Assembly: GCA_034416335.1 (NCBI GenBank)
Contig: DAOULV010000024.1
Coordinates: forward strand, 30,652 to 94,651
From: Dehalococcoidales bacterium
GTDB taxonomy: Bacteria; Chloroflexota; Dehalococcoidia; Dehalococcoidales; UBA2162
Length of the DNA stretch: 64,000 bases
Direction: 5' to 3'
Shown: positions 9,333 to 19,136 of the stretch, piece by piece
How positions within the stretch are numbered: position 1 is the first letter of the stretch
Layout: every line of letters begins with the position of its first letter
The notes under the pieces: generated by a model
Told to the model about the DNA's origin: nothing
What the model saw: only the letters and a program-made list of their open reading frames with translations
The model's database searches: none
Made by a program: the position numbers and the translations under genes

Positions 9333-10520
9333 TTAATTTCTCTTTCCTGACGGAAAAGGAATCTTCATGGCTTTTAGAGTTTTTATTAGAGCTTCGTGTC
9401 CTATAAGCTTGAGTATAACGAATCCGTGTGAATCGAACCTGATATCGTTATTTTCAAGGAGCGTCTTATCGATACCGCTGGATAATATTATGTCAAATAT
9501 ATTTTCGATACGGTCGTCACTCAACCGCTCAAAGAATTTACGGCCCCAGTGACCGAGCTTGATTTCGCGTCCCAGTGTCTGCTTCCACTGCCTGTCATAT
9601 GAAGCCAGACCTTCAGCAGTCAGATTATCACTTTCCAGTGCCCGATGCAAATTATCCGCGGCAATATCGGCACACATCATGCCGTAGTATACGCCGCCGC
9701 CTGTAGCTGGTTTTACCTGACCGGCTGCACTTCCCGCCGCAAGTATCCGGTCCGTACTCGTCCGGGTTAAGGTGTTCAGGGCAACTCCGGCAAATCTGAT
9801 ATTAGGTTCACCCGGGCGGATTTTACCCTGCCCGGTTAGGGCCGACAGCAGTTTTGTCATATAGTAATTCGTTCGGCTGCGCGATATCAGACCTACCAGT
9901 GCCCGGCCCGGCACGGTAGGTACCAGCCAGGCAAAAAAACCGGGAGCGATGCTTCTGCCGGTATATACTTCGACTTCATCAATTCCGGCGGTTTCCACTT
10001 CCGCCTGTACTCCCATCGCGAAATCACCGACTTTTTTCAGACCCGCCTGTTCGGTAAGGACAGAACCGAATCCGGCGGCAATAATCGCAGCCCGGGCTTC
10101 GAGTAACTTCTTTTTCGATTTCCCGTCTCCTGTCTCGATAACCACCCTGTCCGGTTTCTTTTCGATATTATGAACGCGTCTCTCAAGAAAATATTCGGCG
10201 CCCTTTTTCATTGCCTGTCCGGCGAGATAGACATTGAGAGCAGCGCGGTCGATGATATATGCCTGGGTTTCTTCCCGTTTGACGTGAAGAATTTTTCCCG
10301 AGGGGGAATATATACTGGCGCTGTTTGCTTCCCTGAAAATTACGTCACCTGGTATGCCGAACTCTCTGACACATTCGGCACTGACAATGCCGGTACAGCA
10401 GACAGGCTCTCTCAGGTCTGCTTTCTTTTCAAGGACCGCGATCCTGTGTCCTTTTTCGGCTAATTCAAACGCTGCCCTGCTTCCGACGGGTCCGGCGCCT
10501 ATTATCACTGCATCGTACAA
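9333..10520 (-). CDS. Geranylgeranyl reductase-family FAD oxidoreductase
   Basis: YDAVIIGAGPVG, CCTG, GFFAWLVP, GSAAGQVKPATGGGVYYG. Confidence 0.85.
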   Translation of the reverse strand: MYDAVIIGAGPVGSRAAFELAEKGHRIAVLEKKADLREPVCCTGIVSAECVREFGIPGDVIFREANSASIYSPSGKILHVKREETQAYIIDRAALNVYLAGQAMKKGAEYFLERRVHNIEKKPDRVVIETGDGKSKKKLLEARAAIIAAGFGSVLTEQAGLKKVGDFAMGVQAEVETAGIDEVEVYTGRSIAPGFFAWLVPTVPGRALVGLISRSRTNYYMTKLLSALTGQGKIRPGEPNIRFAGVALNTLTRTSTDRILAAGSAAGQVKPATGGGVYYGMMCADIAADNLHRALESDNLTAEGLASYDRQWKQTLGREIKLGHWGRKFFERLSDDRIENIFDIILSSGIDKTLLENNDIRFDSHGFVILKLIGHEALIKTLKAMKIPFPSGKRN

Positions 10521-10553
10521 CTGGAATCTCCCTCGACCTAATGCCGTCCGGCT

Positions 10554-11150
10554 CTAGGTTATAGTGCCCTGCCTGATAAATCTGATTATACCTCTGCTTC
10601 CGATAATTTTATATGCCAGGTACAGGGTTACTATCAGACCGATTATCTCCGGGATATATACCTCTGGTAACCTGAAAAGGTTTTCCCATATGCCGGACAG
10701 CCAGCCTTCGGTATCCCCCGGGGCAAACTGTCCCAGTAACGGCCAGAACAGTACCGCCGGACGCTCCCATATTCCGTCCAGAATAAGATGACCGATGCTT
10801 GCAAGCCCAAGAGTAAGCAGCCAGGGCTTCTTCTTTTTTATGAGAAATAAACCGGCTAAAATCAGCAACACTGAAAACAGCAGCGTATGGGCATAACCGC
10901 GACCGCTGACTTCAAATCCTCTGTCTCGAAGCAGCAGAAAGACCGGCTTGTCTATAATATCCGGCAGCATGGAACCGAGAATAACCATCCGGTAGTCCAG
11001 TCTTCCGGTACTGTCTCTAAGTCGATTAATCAGTAGTGATATCCTGTATCGGAAACCTGTTTCGTCTCTTCCGATGTTTTCGGGAGGAAATATAACGTCG
11101 CCGACTTTGGCTGCCGCCGCTGTAATTCCGACGTGGCCGAAAAGCAGCAT
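10554..11150 (-). CDS. Membrane metal-dependent hydrolase (YdjM-like)
   Basis: GH, GSMLPDIIDK, RGYAHTL and HLILD motifs with hydrophobic segments. Confidence 0.8.
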   Translation of the reverse strand: MLLFGHVGITAAAAKVGDVIFPPENIGRDETGFRYRISLLINRLRDSTGRLDYRMVILGSMLPDIIDKPVFLLLRDRGFEVSGRGYAHTLLFSVLLILAGLFLIKKKKPWLLTLGLASIGHLILDGIWERPAVLFWPLLGQFAPGDTEGWLSGIWENLFRLPEVYIPEIIGLIVTLYLAYKIIGSRGIIRFIRQGTIT

Positions 11151-11935
11151 CAGTCCTTTTTCTCACCTTCGGTCGGCAGTACCGTATAGTCCTCGGAGGG
11201 TATCTCAATATCGTCCGGAGGTTTAACTCTTGCCTGCCTGATTATCTGCCGGTAGCTTGCCGAAGCACTGCTCGAGAGGAACCAGCCTATGAATGAAATC
11301 CATAGTCCGTCGAACCAGGTCATGCCAAAAGGACGTATAATAATTATCAAAATCCCACCGATTATCAGCAGGTAGCCGAAGCCCTGTCCTATCATAGTAG
11401 CAATACGGCTGGCGACAAGGTAGCTTCCGGTAGTCCGCCATAATACCGACCGCAGTACCCGTCCTCCATCGAGTGGAAATCCCGGGATGAGATTAAATGC
11501 TGCAAGCACTCCGTTCATTATAGCCAGCCAGGTAAGCATAACTGCTACCGGTCCGGTCACCGCCGGGATTAATAGCAGCAGGCCGAGTAAACCGCCGATA
11601 ACAATGCTGCAGAGAGGTCCGGCGATAGCCATTTTAAACTCGGCGCCCGGTCTCCTGGCTTCGTTCTTCATCATGGCGACACCGCCGAAAATGAAAAGGG
11701 TTATATTCGATATGGGAATACCATTTGCCCTGCCGACCAGACTGTGGGAAAGTTCATGGGCCAGGACAGAAGCAAAAAACAGGAGACTTGCACAGATACC
11801 CAGAAGCCAGTTAAACCAGCGGTCATAATTCGGTTCTACCAGCAGCAGAGTAACCAGAAAAAATATTATGAACCAGGTGAAGTGCAGTCTGAATTCAATG
11901 CCGAAGAGTTTACCGATATAAAATGTTCTGCCCAT
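11150..11935 (-). CDS. Site-2 protease (peptidase M50)
   Basis: HELSH (HExxH), AIAGP, FNLIPGFPLDGGR. No CBS domains. Confidence 0.92.
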   Translation of the reverse strand: MGRTFYIGKLFGIEFRLHFTWFIIFFLVTLLLVEPNYDRWFNWLLGICASLLFFASVLAHELSHSLVGRANGIPISNITLFIFGGVAMMKNEARRPGAEFKMAIAGPLCSIVIGGLLGLLLLIPAVTGPVAVMLTWLAIMNGVLAAFNLIPGFPLDGGRVLRSVLWRTTGSYLVASRIATMIGQGFGYLLIIGGILIIIIRPFGMTWFDGLWISFIGWFLSSSASASYRQIIRQARVKPPDDIEIPSEDYTVLPTEGEKKD

Positions 11936-11945
11936 GCCGATTTAT

Positions 11946-13145
11946 CTAACCCGTACCAAGAAGTGATTCTCGCAGCTCGAAAAGAATGGTGGCAGTCACG
12001 TACTGGCGCCTGCGCGGCCTGCTGACAGCCCTGCTTCCACCGGCATCGGCGATACCTATGAAAGTTGTCCCCATCGGATTATCTCGGGTAACTTCATCTG
12101 TTCCCGCGGTAGCTATTCCTATGTCGGCGTCCAGGAAATGTCTTGCTGCTTCAGCCATCGCTCCGGCTAATTCCTGGCTGGCTTTCCTGCCTGAAACAGC
12201 CACATCAACGCCGAAAGCTTTCATAGCATCACTGGTCGTGGCGAGAAGCCCTCCCTTAAAAAATCTCCCGCTGTCGGGAATCCCGTTAAATGTCGGACCC
12301 AATGTCCCGCCGCTGGCGTCCTCCATTACTGCCAGGGTCAAGCCTTTATCGACAAGCAGATTACCTACTATCGATTCAAGTGTTTCATCATCGACTCCCC
12401 AGATGTGGCCTTTCATTATCTCCCTGATACGAGTTTCACCCTCTACAAGCATTTTCTCGGCTTCTTCCCTGGTTTTCGCCTTGGCTGCAAGCCGCAGGTG
12501 AATACCGTCCGGTTTGGCGTATATTCCGAGTGTGGGATTGGATGCGGCAAGCATATCGGCAACCATCTCCCCGGCGCCTCCTTCCGAGTAACCGAAAGTC
12601 TTGAAAGTCCTAGGGACAAGTACCGACTCGGCCTGCCGTTCCAGCCTGGGCTGAACGGTCTCCTGCCATACAACATTAAGTTCTCTGGGAGGTCCGGGCA
12701 TGGTGATAAGAGTGCGGCCGTCTCTTTCAACCCACCAGCCGGGAGCGGTACCCGCTGGATTGGGAATGGTTTCCGCGGAGGGAATAATGGTAGCCTGCTT
12801 CAGGTTGCTCAGCGGCATATCGAAACCGTATCGGCCGAACCTTCCACGCAGCGTTTTCTCCAGGTCGGGATCGGTCTTCATCTCCTCGCCCAGCATTTCG
12901 GCAATCGATTCCCGGGTTACATCATCGGCGGTAGGACCGAGCCCACCGGTTATGAATATTATATCCGACCGGTTCCAGGCACGCTGCAGTACTTCGATAA
13001 TACGGGCTTTATTATCGCCTACCTGTGAAACCCAGTAGAGGTCGATACCCAGGAACGGCAGCTTGCCGGCAATATAGGCGGCGTTAGTATCCGTAATTTC
13101 ACCCAGCAGTATTTCCGTGCCGATAGAGATGATTTCAGCTTTCAA
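11946..13145 (-). CDS. cinA: CinA-family protein (MoCF-like N-terminal domain + degenerate PncC domain)
   Basis: IGTEILLGEITDTNA, VGDN, TGGLGPTADD, NPAGTAPG, MPGPPRE. Confidence 0.9.
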   Translation of the reverse strand: MKAEIISIGTEILLGEITDTNAAYIAGKLPFLGIDLYWVSQVGDNKARIIEVLQRAWNRSDIIFITGGLGPTADDVTRESIAEMLGEEMKTDPDLEKTLRGRFGRYGFDMPLSNLKQATIIPSAETIPNPAGTAPGWWVERDGRTLITMPGPPRELNVVWQETVQPRLERQAESVLVPRTFKTFGYSEGGAGEMVADMLAASNPTLGIYAKPDGIHLRLAAKAKTREEAEKMLVEGETRIREIMKGHIWGVDDETLESIVGNLLVDKGLTLAVMEDASGGTLGPTFNGIPDSGRFFKGGLLATTSDAMKAFGVDVAVSGRKASQELAGAMAEAARHFLDADIGIATAGTDEVTRDNPMGTTFIGIADAGGSRAVSRPRRRQYVTATILFELRESLLGTG

Positions 13146-13177
13146 GTGATTACCATCCGGAAGTATTCAATGTTAGT

Positions 13178-14476
13178 TTAACACCTGGAGGCCGAAACAC
13201 CCAAATACTCGTTGACAAGCTCCATTGCGCAGAACTTCCCGCACATACTGCAGGCTGACCCGGTAGTAGCGTGCTGTTCGTTGTGGACGCTACGGGTTCT
13301 CTCCGGGTCCAGCGCCATTTTTGTCTGCTGCTCCCAGTCAAGACTCTTCCGGGCGATGGACATCTGCCTGTCCCGTTCGGCGGCTCCCCTGACACCCTTC
13401 ACTATGTCACCGGCATGTGCAGCGATACGCGACGCCATAATGCCGCGCCTGACATCGTCAGGGTCGGGAAGGGACAGATGTTCAGCAGGTGTCACGTAGC
13501 ACAGGAAATCCGTACCTGCCGCGGCGGCAACCGCTCCGCCGATAGCGCCGGTAATATGGTCATAACCCGCCCCTATATCGGTTACCAGCGGGCCGAGGAC
13601 GTAGAAAGGTGCTCCCCGGCACACGGATTTCTGGAGTTTCACATTAGCTTCGATTTGATCGAGAGGCAGGTGACCGGGACCTTCCACCATCACCTGGACT
13701 CCGGCATCCCAGGCTCTGTCAACCAGTTCGCCGATTGTGAGTAATTCTTCGATTTGTGAGCGGTCGGTAGCATCGGCAATGCAGCCAGGACGCATCCCGT
13801 CACCCAGGCTCAGGGTAACGTCGAACTCCCTCGCCATATCGAGAAGGCGGTCGTAATATTCATAAAGAGGATTCTCGCATTCGCTGTTCAGAATCCAGCC
13901 CATCATAAAAGCCCCGCCACGCGATACCACATCGGCAATTCTGCCCTGCTGCTTGAGCCGGTCGATAGCCGAACGGGTAACGCCGCAGTGAATGGTAATA
14001 AAGTCCACACCATCCCTGATATGTTCTTCGATCGAATCGAAGATATCGTTCACCGTCATCTTGATAATGGCACCGTGTTTTTCGATTGCCCTGATTCCTG
14101 CCTGATAAATCGGGACCGTGCCGATGGGTACAGTGCTGGCATCGATGACGGCTCTTCGTATTGAGGATATATCCCCGCCTGTAGAAAGGTCCATTACGGC
14201 ATCGGCGCCGGCATCCACGGCTATTCTAAGTTTTTCCAGTTCTGTATCTATATTGCCGTAGTCGGAGGAAGTGCCGATATTGGCATTTACCTTGGTGCTG
14301 AGCCCCCGGCCGATACCGCAGGGGACAAGTCTGGAATGACGCGTGTTGGCCGAGATGACTATAGCTCCGTCGGCGATTCCCTGCCGGATGAATTCCGGTT
14401 CGACATTTTCGACTTTCGCGACCGCTTCCATCTCAGGTGTTACGATGCCCTTTCGGGCTGATTCCAGCTGTGTCAT
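13178..14476 (-). CDS. thiC: Phosphomethylpyrimidine synthase
   Basis: [10 protein letters not shown] start after [59 protein letters not shown] riboswitch upstream. Confidence 0.95.
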   Translation of the reverse strand: MTQLESARKGIVTPEMEAVAKVENVEPEFIRQGIADGAIVISANTRHSRLVPCGIGRGLSTKVNANIGTSSDYGNIDTELEKLRIAVDAGADAVMDLSTGGDISSIRRAVIDASTVPIGTVPIYQAGIRAIEKHGAIIKMTVNDIFDSIEEHIRDGVDFITIHCGVTRSAIDRLKQQGRIADVVSRGGAFMMGWILNSECENPLYEYYDRLLDMAREFDVTLSLGDGMRPGCIADATDRSQIEELLTIGELVDRAWDAGVQVMVEGPGHLPLDQIEANVKLQKSVCRGAPFYVLGPLVTDIGAGYDHITGAIGGAVAAAAGTDFLCYVTPAEHLSLPDPDDVRRGIMASRIAAHAGDIVKGVRGAAERDRQMSIARKSLDWEQQTKMALDPERTRSVHNEQHATTGSACSMCGKFCAMELVNEYLGVSASRC

Positions 14477-14493
14477 AATTCCCTCCCTGAAGT

Positions 14494-14525
14494 AAAAATC
14501 CAGGGGTGAATATCCGCCCCCTGGA
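14494..14525 (-). terminator. Intrinsic terminator (expression platform of the TPP riboswitch)
   Basis: Minus strand reads CCAGGGG...CCCCTGG followed by ATTTTT, between the aptamer and the thiC RBS. Confidence 0.8.
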
Positions 14526-14534
14526 CTCGGAAAA

Positions 14535-14620
14535 TACTGCTTCCCTACGCTCGAATTAACGAGGTCAGGTTCCAAGGGTTGGCTTCAACCGCCTCTCAGC
14601 TATGAGCACCCCTAGCGGTA
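14535..14620 (-). ncRNA. TPP riboswitch aptamer
   Basis: Minus strand reads GGGGTGCT..GCTGAGA..CCCTTGGAACCTGA..GTTAAT..GCGTAGGGAA, the TPP consensus blocks, upstream of thiC. Confidence 0.95.
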
Positions 14621-14729
14621 TGATATTCGGTTATCTAAATTCTATCACCGGAGTCAAGAGAATGGCAAGGACAACATCACTTATTTCAAGATTGAGGTTT
14701 TCAAAGAAATAGTTGTAAAATACATCAAT

Positions 14730-16316
14730 ATGGAAAATACTGAGAAATTTACCATAAAGCAAGCTAGTGAATGGGCAAGTAGATTCCTTAAGAGAAACGT
14801 CTCTCCTTCGAATATCTCATATCTAATACAGTATGGAAGAATAAAGAAAATACAGAATAATGGCGATACGTTTGTTAGCAAACAAGATTTAATTAACTAT
14901 TACAAATCACATTTAGGTAAGAGAGAAACTAGGTGGACTAAAGTCCTCGGAGAAGATATCAATTGGGAATTATCTTTCGATTACTTAAAAGAATCCGAAA
15001 GAACAAAACACGTTCATAGGTTACATCCTTATAAGGGTAAATTCATACCACAACTAGTCGAATACTTTTTAGATTCACACACTGATCAATATAAAAGAGA
15101 AGTTTATTTTCAACAAAAAGATATTATTCTTGATCCTTTTTGCGGGAGTGGTACCACATTAGTACAAACAAATGAACTTAGGATGCATGCAGTAGGTATT
15201 GATGTCTCCCCATTCAACGCTCTAATAAGTAATGCAAAGGTAGCAAAATATGATCTCTTCGAACTGCATAATCATATTAAAAATATCACTGTATCAATAA
15301 AAGAATTTAGTGCTGCTTCAAAAATATTAGAGTTCGAATTAAAACTACTTGAAGCACTTGCAGATTTTAACAAAAAGTATTTCCCTTCACCTGAATTTAA
15401 GATAAAAGTTAACTCCGGAGAGATTAACGAAACGGAATATGGTCGAACCAAAGAAAGAGAATTCGCACATATATATAAAGCACTCTTGACTATCTATGGT
15501 ATCGAACCTAGACAAAACAATAATTCAAGTAATTTTCTTGACGAATGGTATACGAAGCATGTAAGAGAAGAAATTGAACTAATATATACGCTAATCGAAA
15601 GTATCCAAGAAAAAAGCATAAAAACAGCTCTGACTCTGATACTTAGCCGGACGATCCGATCCTGTCGAGCTACAACACATTTTGATTTAGCTACATTAAA
15701 AGAACCTGTATATAATACCTATTACTGCCATAAACATGGAAAAATATGTAAACCAATATTTTCTTTAATAGGTTGGTGGTCAAGATATGGCGAAGATACA
15801 TTAAAGAGATTAGCTCAATTTGACAAACTAAGAACCGATACATATCAGTGTTGCTTAACTGGTGATTCACGAAATATCGATATAGTTAATGGAGTTAAAT
15901 CAATCAACCGTAAATTTGGTGAGATTATTCAAAACAAAGGTATAAAGGGTATATTCTCAAGCCCGCCATATGTCGGTTTAATTGACTATCATAACCAACA
16001 CGCTTATGCATATGATTTATTTAAATTCCCCCGTAACGATGAATTCGAGATTGGGAAATTATCTCTTGGTCAAGGTGCTGAAGCAAGGCAATTATACATT
16101 CAGTCTATCTCAGAAGTCCTTATTCATTGTACCAAGTATTTATCTCCAAATTACGATGTTTTTCTTGTTGCGAATGATAAGTTCGGCATATATCCAATAA
16201 TTGCTGAAAAATCAGGAATGAAAATAGTACAGAGGTATCATCGTCCAGTATTAAATCGCACGGAACGCGACAAAGCTGCCTATTCAGAGACTATATTTCA
16301 TTTGAAGGAAGCATAA
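14730..16316 (+). CDS. Type II amino-methyltransferase (likely m4C) with N-terminal HTH
   Basis: HPYKGKF, DPFCGSGTT (motif I) precedes FSSPPY (motif IV). N-terminal ~55-aa HTH-like segment. AT-rich. Confidence 0.9.
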   Translation: MENTEKFTIKQASEWASRFLKRNVSPSNISYLIQYGRIKKIQNNGDTFVSKQDLINYYKSHLGKRETRWTKVLGEDINWELSFDYLKESERTKHVHRLHPYKGKFIPQLVEYFLDSHTDQYKREVYFQQKDIILDPFCGSGTTLVQTNELRMHAVGIDVSPFNALISNAKVAKYDLFELHNHIKNITVSIKEFSAASKILEFELKLLEALADFNKKYFPSPEFKIKVNSGEINETEYGRTKEREFAHIYKALLTIYGIEPRQNNNSSNFLDEWYTKHVREEIELIYTLIESIQEKSIKTALTLILSRTIRSCRATTHFDLATLKEPVYNTYYCHKHGKICKPIFSLIGWWSRYGEDTLKRLAQFDKLRTDTYQCCLTGDSRNIDIVNGVKSINRKFGEIIQNKGIKGIFSSPPYVGLIDYHNQHAYAYDLFKFPRNDEFEIGKLSLGQGAEARQLYIQSISEVLIHCTKYLSPNYDVFLVANDKFGIYPIIAEKSGMKIVQRYHRPVLNRTERDKAAYSETIFHLKEA

Positions 16317-16317
16317 A

Positions 16318-17097
16318 ATGTCTATATCGAAAAAACAGATTACAGATATAGAAGAAGTTATTACAACAAGCCTCAGAAATAAGTTCCACAATTACAATCC
16401 AGAACCAGCATCAATGCCGTTCCACACAAGGTTACTTGGGAAAGACCGACTAGCATTATATTCTTTCATCCATTCACTCAATACAAATTTTGGTACTGTG
16501 ATATTCGAACCTGTTGCAGTGGCATTAGCAAAAGATAAATTTAAAGAGGCCGAATCGCATATAAGATCAGGCAACAAGATATCGGAAGAAGCACTATTCG
16601 AAATTCAAAAAATCATAAACAATCTAGAAACTGCAACAACTTTTCCTAACAAACCAGAAGAAATTGAAATAATTAGGAAAGTCTGCCGTTCCGGCGAATT
16701 GAGAAATGTAAAACCAACACGAGTAGATTTATTCCTGAAAGATAAATCAGGTAGGCTATTTTTGTTTGATATTAAAACTGCAAAACCAAACGTAGGCGGT
16801 TTTAGAGAATTTAAAAGGACTCTCCTTGAATGGGTAGCATCAACTTTATTATCGGATCCTGATATAGAAGTCACTACTGCTATAGCTATTCCTTATAATC
16901 CATATGAACCTCAACCTTACAATCGATGGACCATTCGCGGAATGATAGATTTAGATCACGAATTAATGGTGGCGGAAGAATTCTGGGATTTTCTTGGCGG
17001 AACTGGAGCCTATGAAATCCTACTCGGTTGCTTTGAACGTGTAGGAATAGAACTAAGAGATGAAATCGACGAATATTTTTCAAAATTCAACGTATAA
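16318..17097 (+). CDS. Type II restriction endonuclease, TdeIII/MjaII-like
   Basis: SFIHSLNTNFG, VDLFL..FDIKTAKPN (PD-(D/E)xK), AIPYNPY, EEFWDFLGG. Starts 2 nt after the MTase stop. Confidence 0.82.
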   Translation: MSISKKQITDIEEVITTSLRNKFHNYNPEPASMPFHTRLLGKDRLALYSFIHSLNTNFGTVIFEPVAVALAKDKFKEAESHIRSGNKISEEALFEIQKIINNLETATTFPNKPEEIEIIRKVCRSGELRNVKPTRVDLFLKDKSGRLFLFDIKTAKPNVGGFREFKRTLLEWVASTLLSDPDIEVTTAIAIPYNPYEPQPYNRWTIRGMIDLDHELMVAEEFWDFLGGTGAYEILLGCFERVGIELRDEIDEYFSKFNV

Positions 17098-17164
17098 CAA
17101 ACACCGGAAATATCATTAATTCTATTAGCTTCATTTCGTTGGATATGAAATTATGAAAATCTCG

Positions 17165-17836
17165 CTATTCCAGAATATCGCCGCTGACGAAATCAATCTC
17201 ATTCAGGGGATATACAATTCCGGACGCGATATTGCTGATGTGGGAATTTATCCGCTTGAAATACCTGGACAGCATCGCCGTCACTACAGCCTCATTGGGT
17301 GACACTTCCTGCTCGAAGAGTTCGTTGAGAATTTTATCGCAGTCACGCTTTATTGGCGTATAGCTTCTCAAAATCTGCTGGGCAAGTTCTATATCCGACT
17401 TTTTAAAGGCCTTTGCCAGGACCGGAAAACTATCCGAAATTTTTTTCTGGGTAGGGATAATTCTCTCATAAAATTTAATATCTTTAATGTTCCCTTTGTA
17501 TAAAATACCAGCTTCGAAGACGTTCTTGGAATAGTCCCCAATTCTTTCAGCATCTTTTATCAGGCTCATCAAAGCCAGGCAGCCGGAAGTATCGTGTCCG
17601 GGACGAATGGAGAGATGTTCGAACAGCAGCCTGCGGATTTCTTTTTCCTGGTTATTTACCTCGATATCTTTGTCGTAGAAATACTGTGGAATACGGTCTA
17701 TTGTATCCTCGGTGGTTATTACACGCCAGGCTTCGTTATACAGGTATTCATCGCCGTTTATCATCTTGATAAACAGGTCAATCGCCTTTTTAACCAGATC
17801 GGACCCACGAAGCATATTTATTATTTCACTTGCCAT
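17165..17836 (-). CDS. PhoU-domain protein
   Basis: Two helical repeats: IKDAERIGDYSKN and RYFKRINSHISNIA. Downstream of a Na/Pi transporter. Confidence 0.85.
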   Translation of the reverse strand: MASEIINMLRGSDLVKKAIDLFIKMINGDEYLYNEAWRVITTEDTIDRIPQYFYDKDIEVNNQEKEIRRLLFEHLSIRPGHDTSGCLALMSLIKDAERIGDYSKNVFEAGILYKGNIKDIKFYERIIPTQKKISDSFPVLAKAFKKSDIELAQQILRSYTPIKRDCDKILNELFEQEVSPNEAVVTAMLSRYFKRINSHISNIASGIVYPLNEIDFVSGDILE

Positions 17837-17870
17837 CTATCTGTCACCTCCCGGAAAATCTTCCCGTTTC

Positions 17871-19022
17871 CTACCGGGTAATAAATAATACCAGTAATGG
17901 TAAAAGGAAAAATACACCTGCCACAAATATAAACGCCCATTTTTTCGACTCGGCAGCCAGGTTTCCCAATTTTATTGAGCAGTATATAGGTAACTTGCGC
18001 AGCGGTAAAAATATGATTGTACCATAAATATTAAAAACCAGGTGGCAGAAAGCCACCGTCAAACCTACCGTACTTACAGCCGAACCGGTTTCTGAACCTA
18101 TCGTCGCCAGCGAAGCGAGTATCGCCGTAATTGTAGTCCCGATATTTGCGCCCAGGGTGTACGGATAGGCACGGTTCAGCCCCAGAAAACCGGCGGCTAC
18201 CAGAGGCACAACCATCGACGTGGTAACTGAACTGCTCTGGACTACTGCCGTAAGCAGCATTCCCAGAACCAGCGCGGTAAAAGTGTTCCTGAATATGTAT
18301 TTGTCAATGACACGTTCGGTGGTGTTGATAACCAGGGAACGCATTGTCTTTACAAGGTAAATCAGTGAAAAAATTACCAGGGCGACCGCCAGCACCAGCA
18401 AAATAATCCCGACAACTACGTCCGAAATTCCCATGGTATCCGAAAGGAGATGCTGGAGTCCTTTCGTCACGGGATCGATAACCGTTTTCAGAGGACTGGT
18501 AAAAGTAACACCGCCGACGTTCTGAAAAATATCGGTAAGGAAGACGGCTGATTTCTCGATTATATGGAAAAAAAGTTCAAGCGGCAGAAACAGGGCAATG
18601 GTAAATAGATTGAAAAAATCATGCATGGTGGCAGCGGTAAAAGCACGCCTGAAGTCCTCTTTTCTTGTGATAAAGGTAAGTGAGACAAGGACATTGGTGA
18701 TGGTTGTCCCCATATTTGCTCCCATAACCATCGGTATGGCAGCCTCTACGGAGATAACACCGCTTCCAGCCAGTCCGACAATCAGTGAAGTGGTCGTGGA
18801 AGAACTCTGGATAATACTGGTAACGAGTATTCCGGTAAATAATCCGCAGAACGGATTGGAATACAAACTAATAAGCTGTTCTGCAAAATCTTTGCCGAAC
18901 AGCTTGAATGAAATTCCTGTAAATTTTATACCGATTAGAAAGATGTAAAGTAAAACTAATACGAGAAGGATTTTAAGAACTGTGGAAAGTCTCAGTTTAG
19001 CGGCCAACCGGACCTTCTCCAA
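17871..19022 (-). CDS. Na+/phosphate cotransporter (NptA-like)
   Basis: Two QSSS repeats and GANMGTT/GANIGTT motifs. Confidence 0.92.
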   Translation of the reverse strand: MEKVRLAAKLRLSTVLKILLVLVLLYIFLIGIKFTGISFKLFGKDFAEQLISLYSNPFCGLFTGILVTSIIQSSSTTTSLIVGLAGSGVISVEAAIPMVMGANMGTTITNVLVSLTFITRKEDFRRAFTAATMHDFFNLFTIALFLPLELFFHIIEKSAVFLTDIFQNVGGVTFTSPLKTVIDPVTKGLQHLLSDTMGISDVVVGIILLVLAVALVIFSLIYLVKTMRSLVINTTERVIDKYIFRNTFTALVLGMLLTAVVQSSSVTTSMVVPLVAAGFLGLNRAYPYTLGANIGTTITAILASLATIGSETGSAVSTVGLTVAFCHLVFNIYGTIIFLPLRKLPIYCSIKLGNLAAESKKWAFIFVAGVFFLLPLLVLFITR

Positions 19023-19136
19023 TTAACGGACTTAGTAAAGTACACATCCGTAACCTATTTTATAAAAATTGTGTGTCATTTTCAAGTGCAGACCTGTGTA
19101 TTTCCCCACTCGTAGCGGTATTAATTTTAGATTGAT

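Noticed and set aside
13178-14575. ThiC start at 14575 and alternative BzaA/B/F call
   Set aside because: The extension runs through the riboswitch and terminator, and the RBS supports 14476. A TPP rather than cobalamin riboswitch favours thiC.
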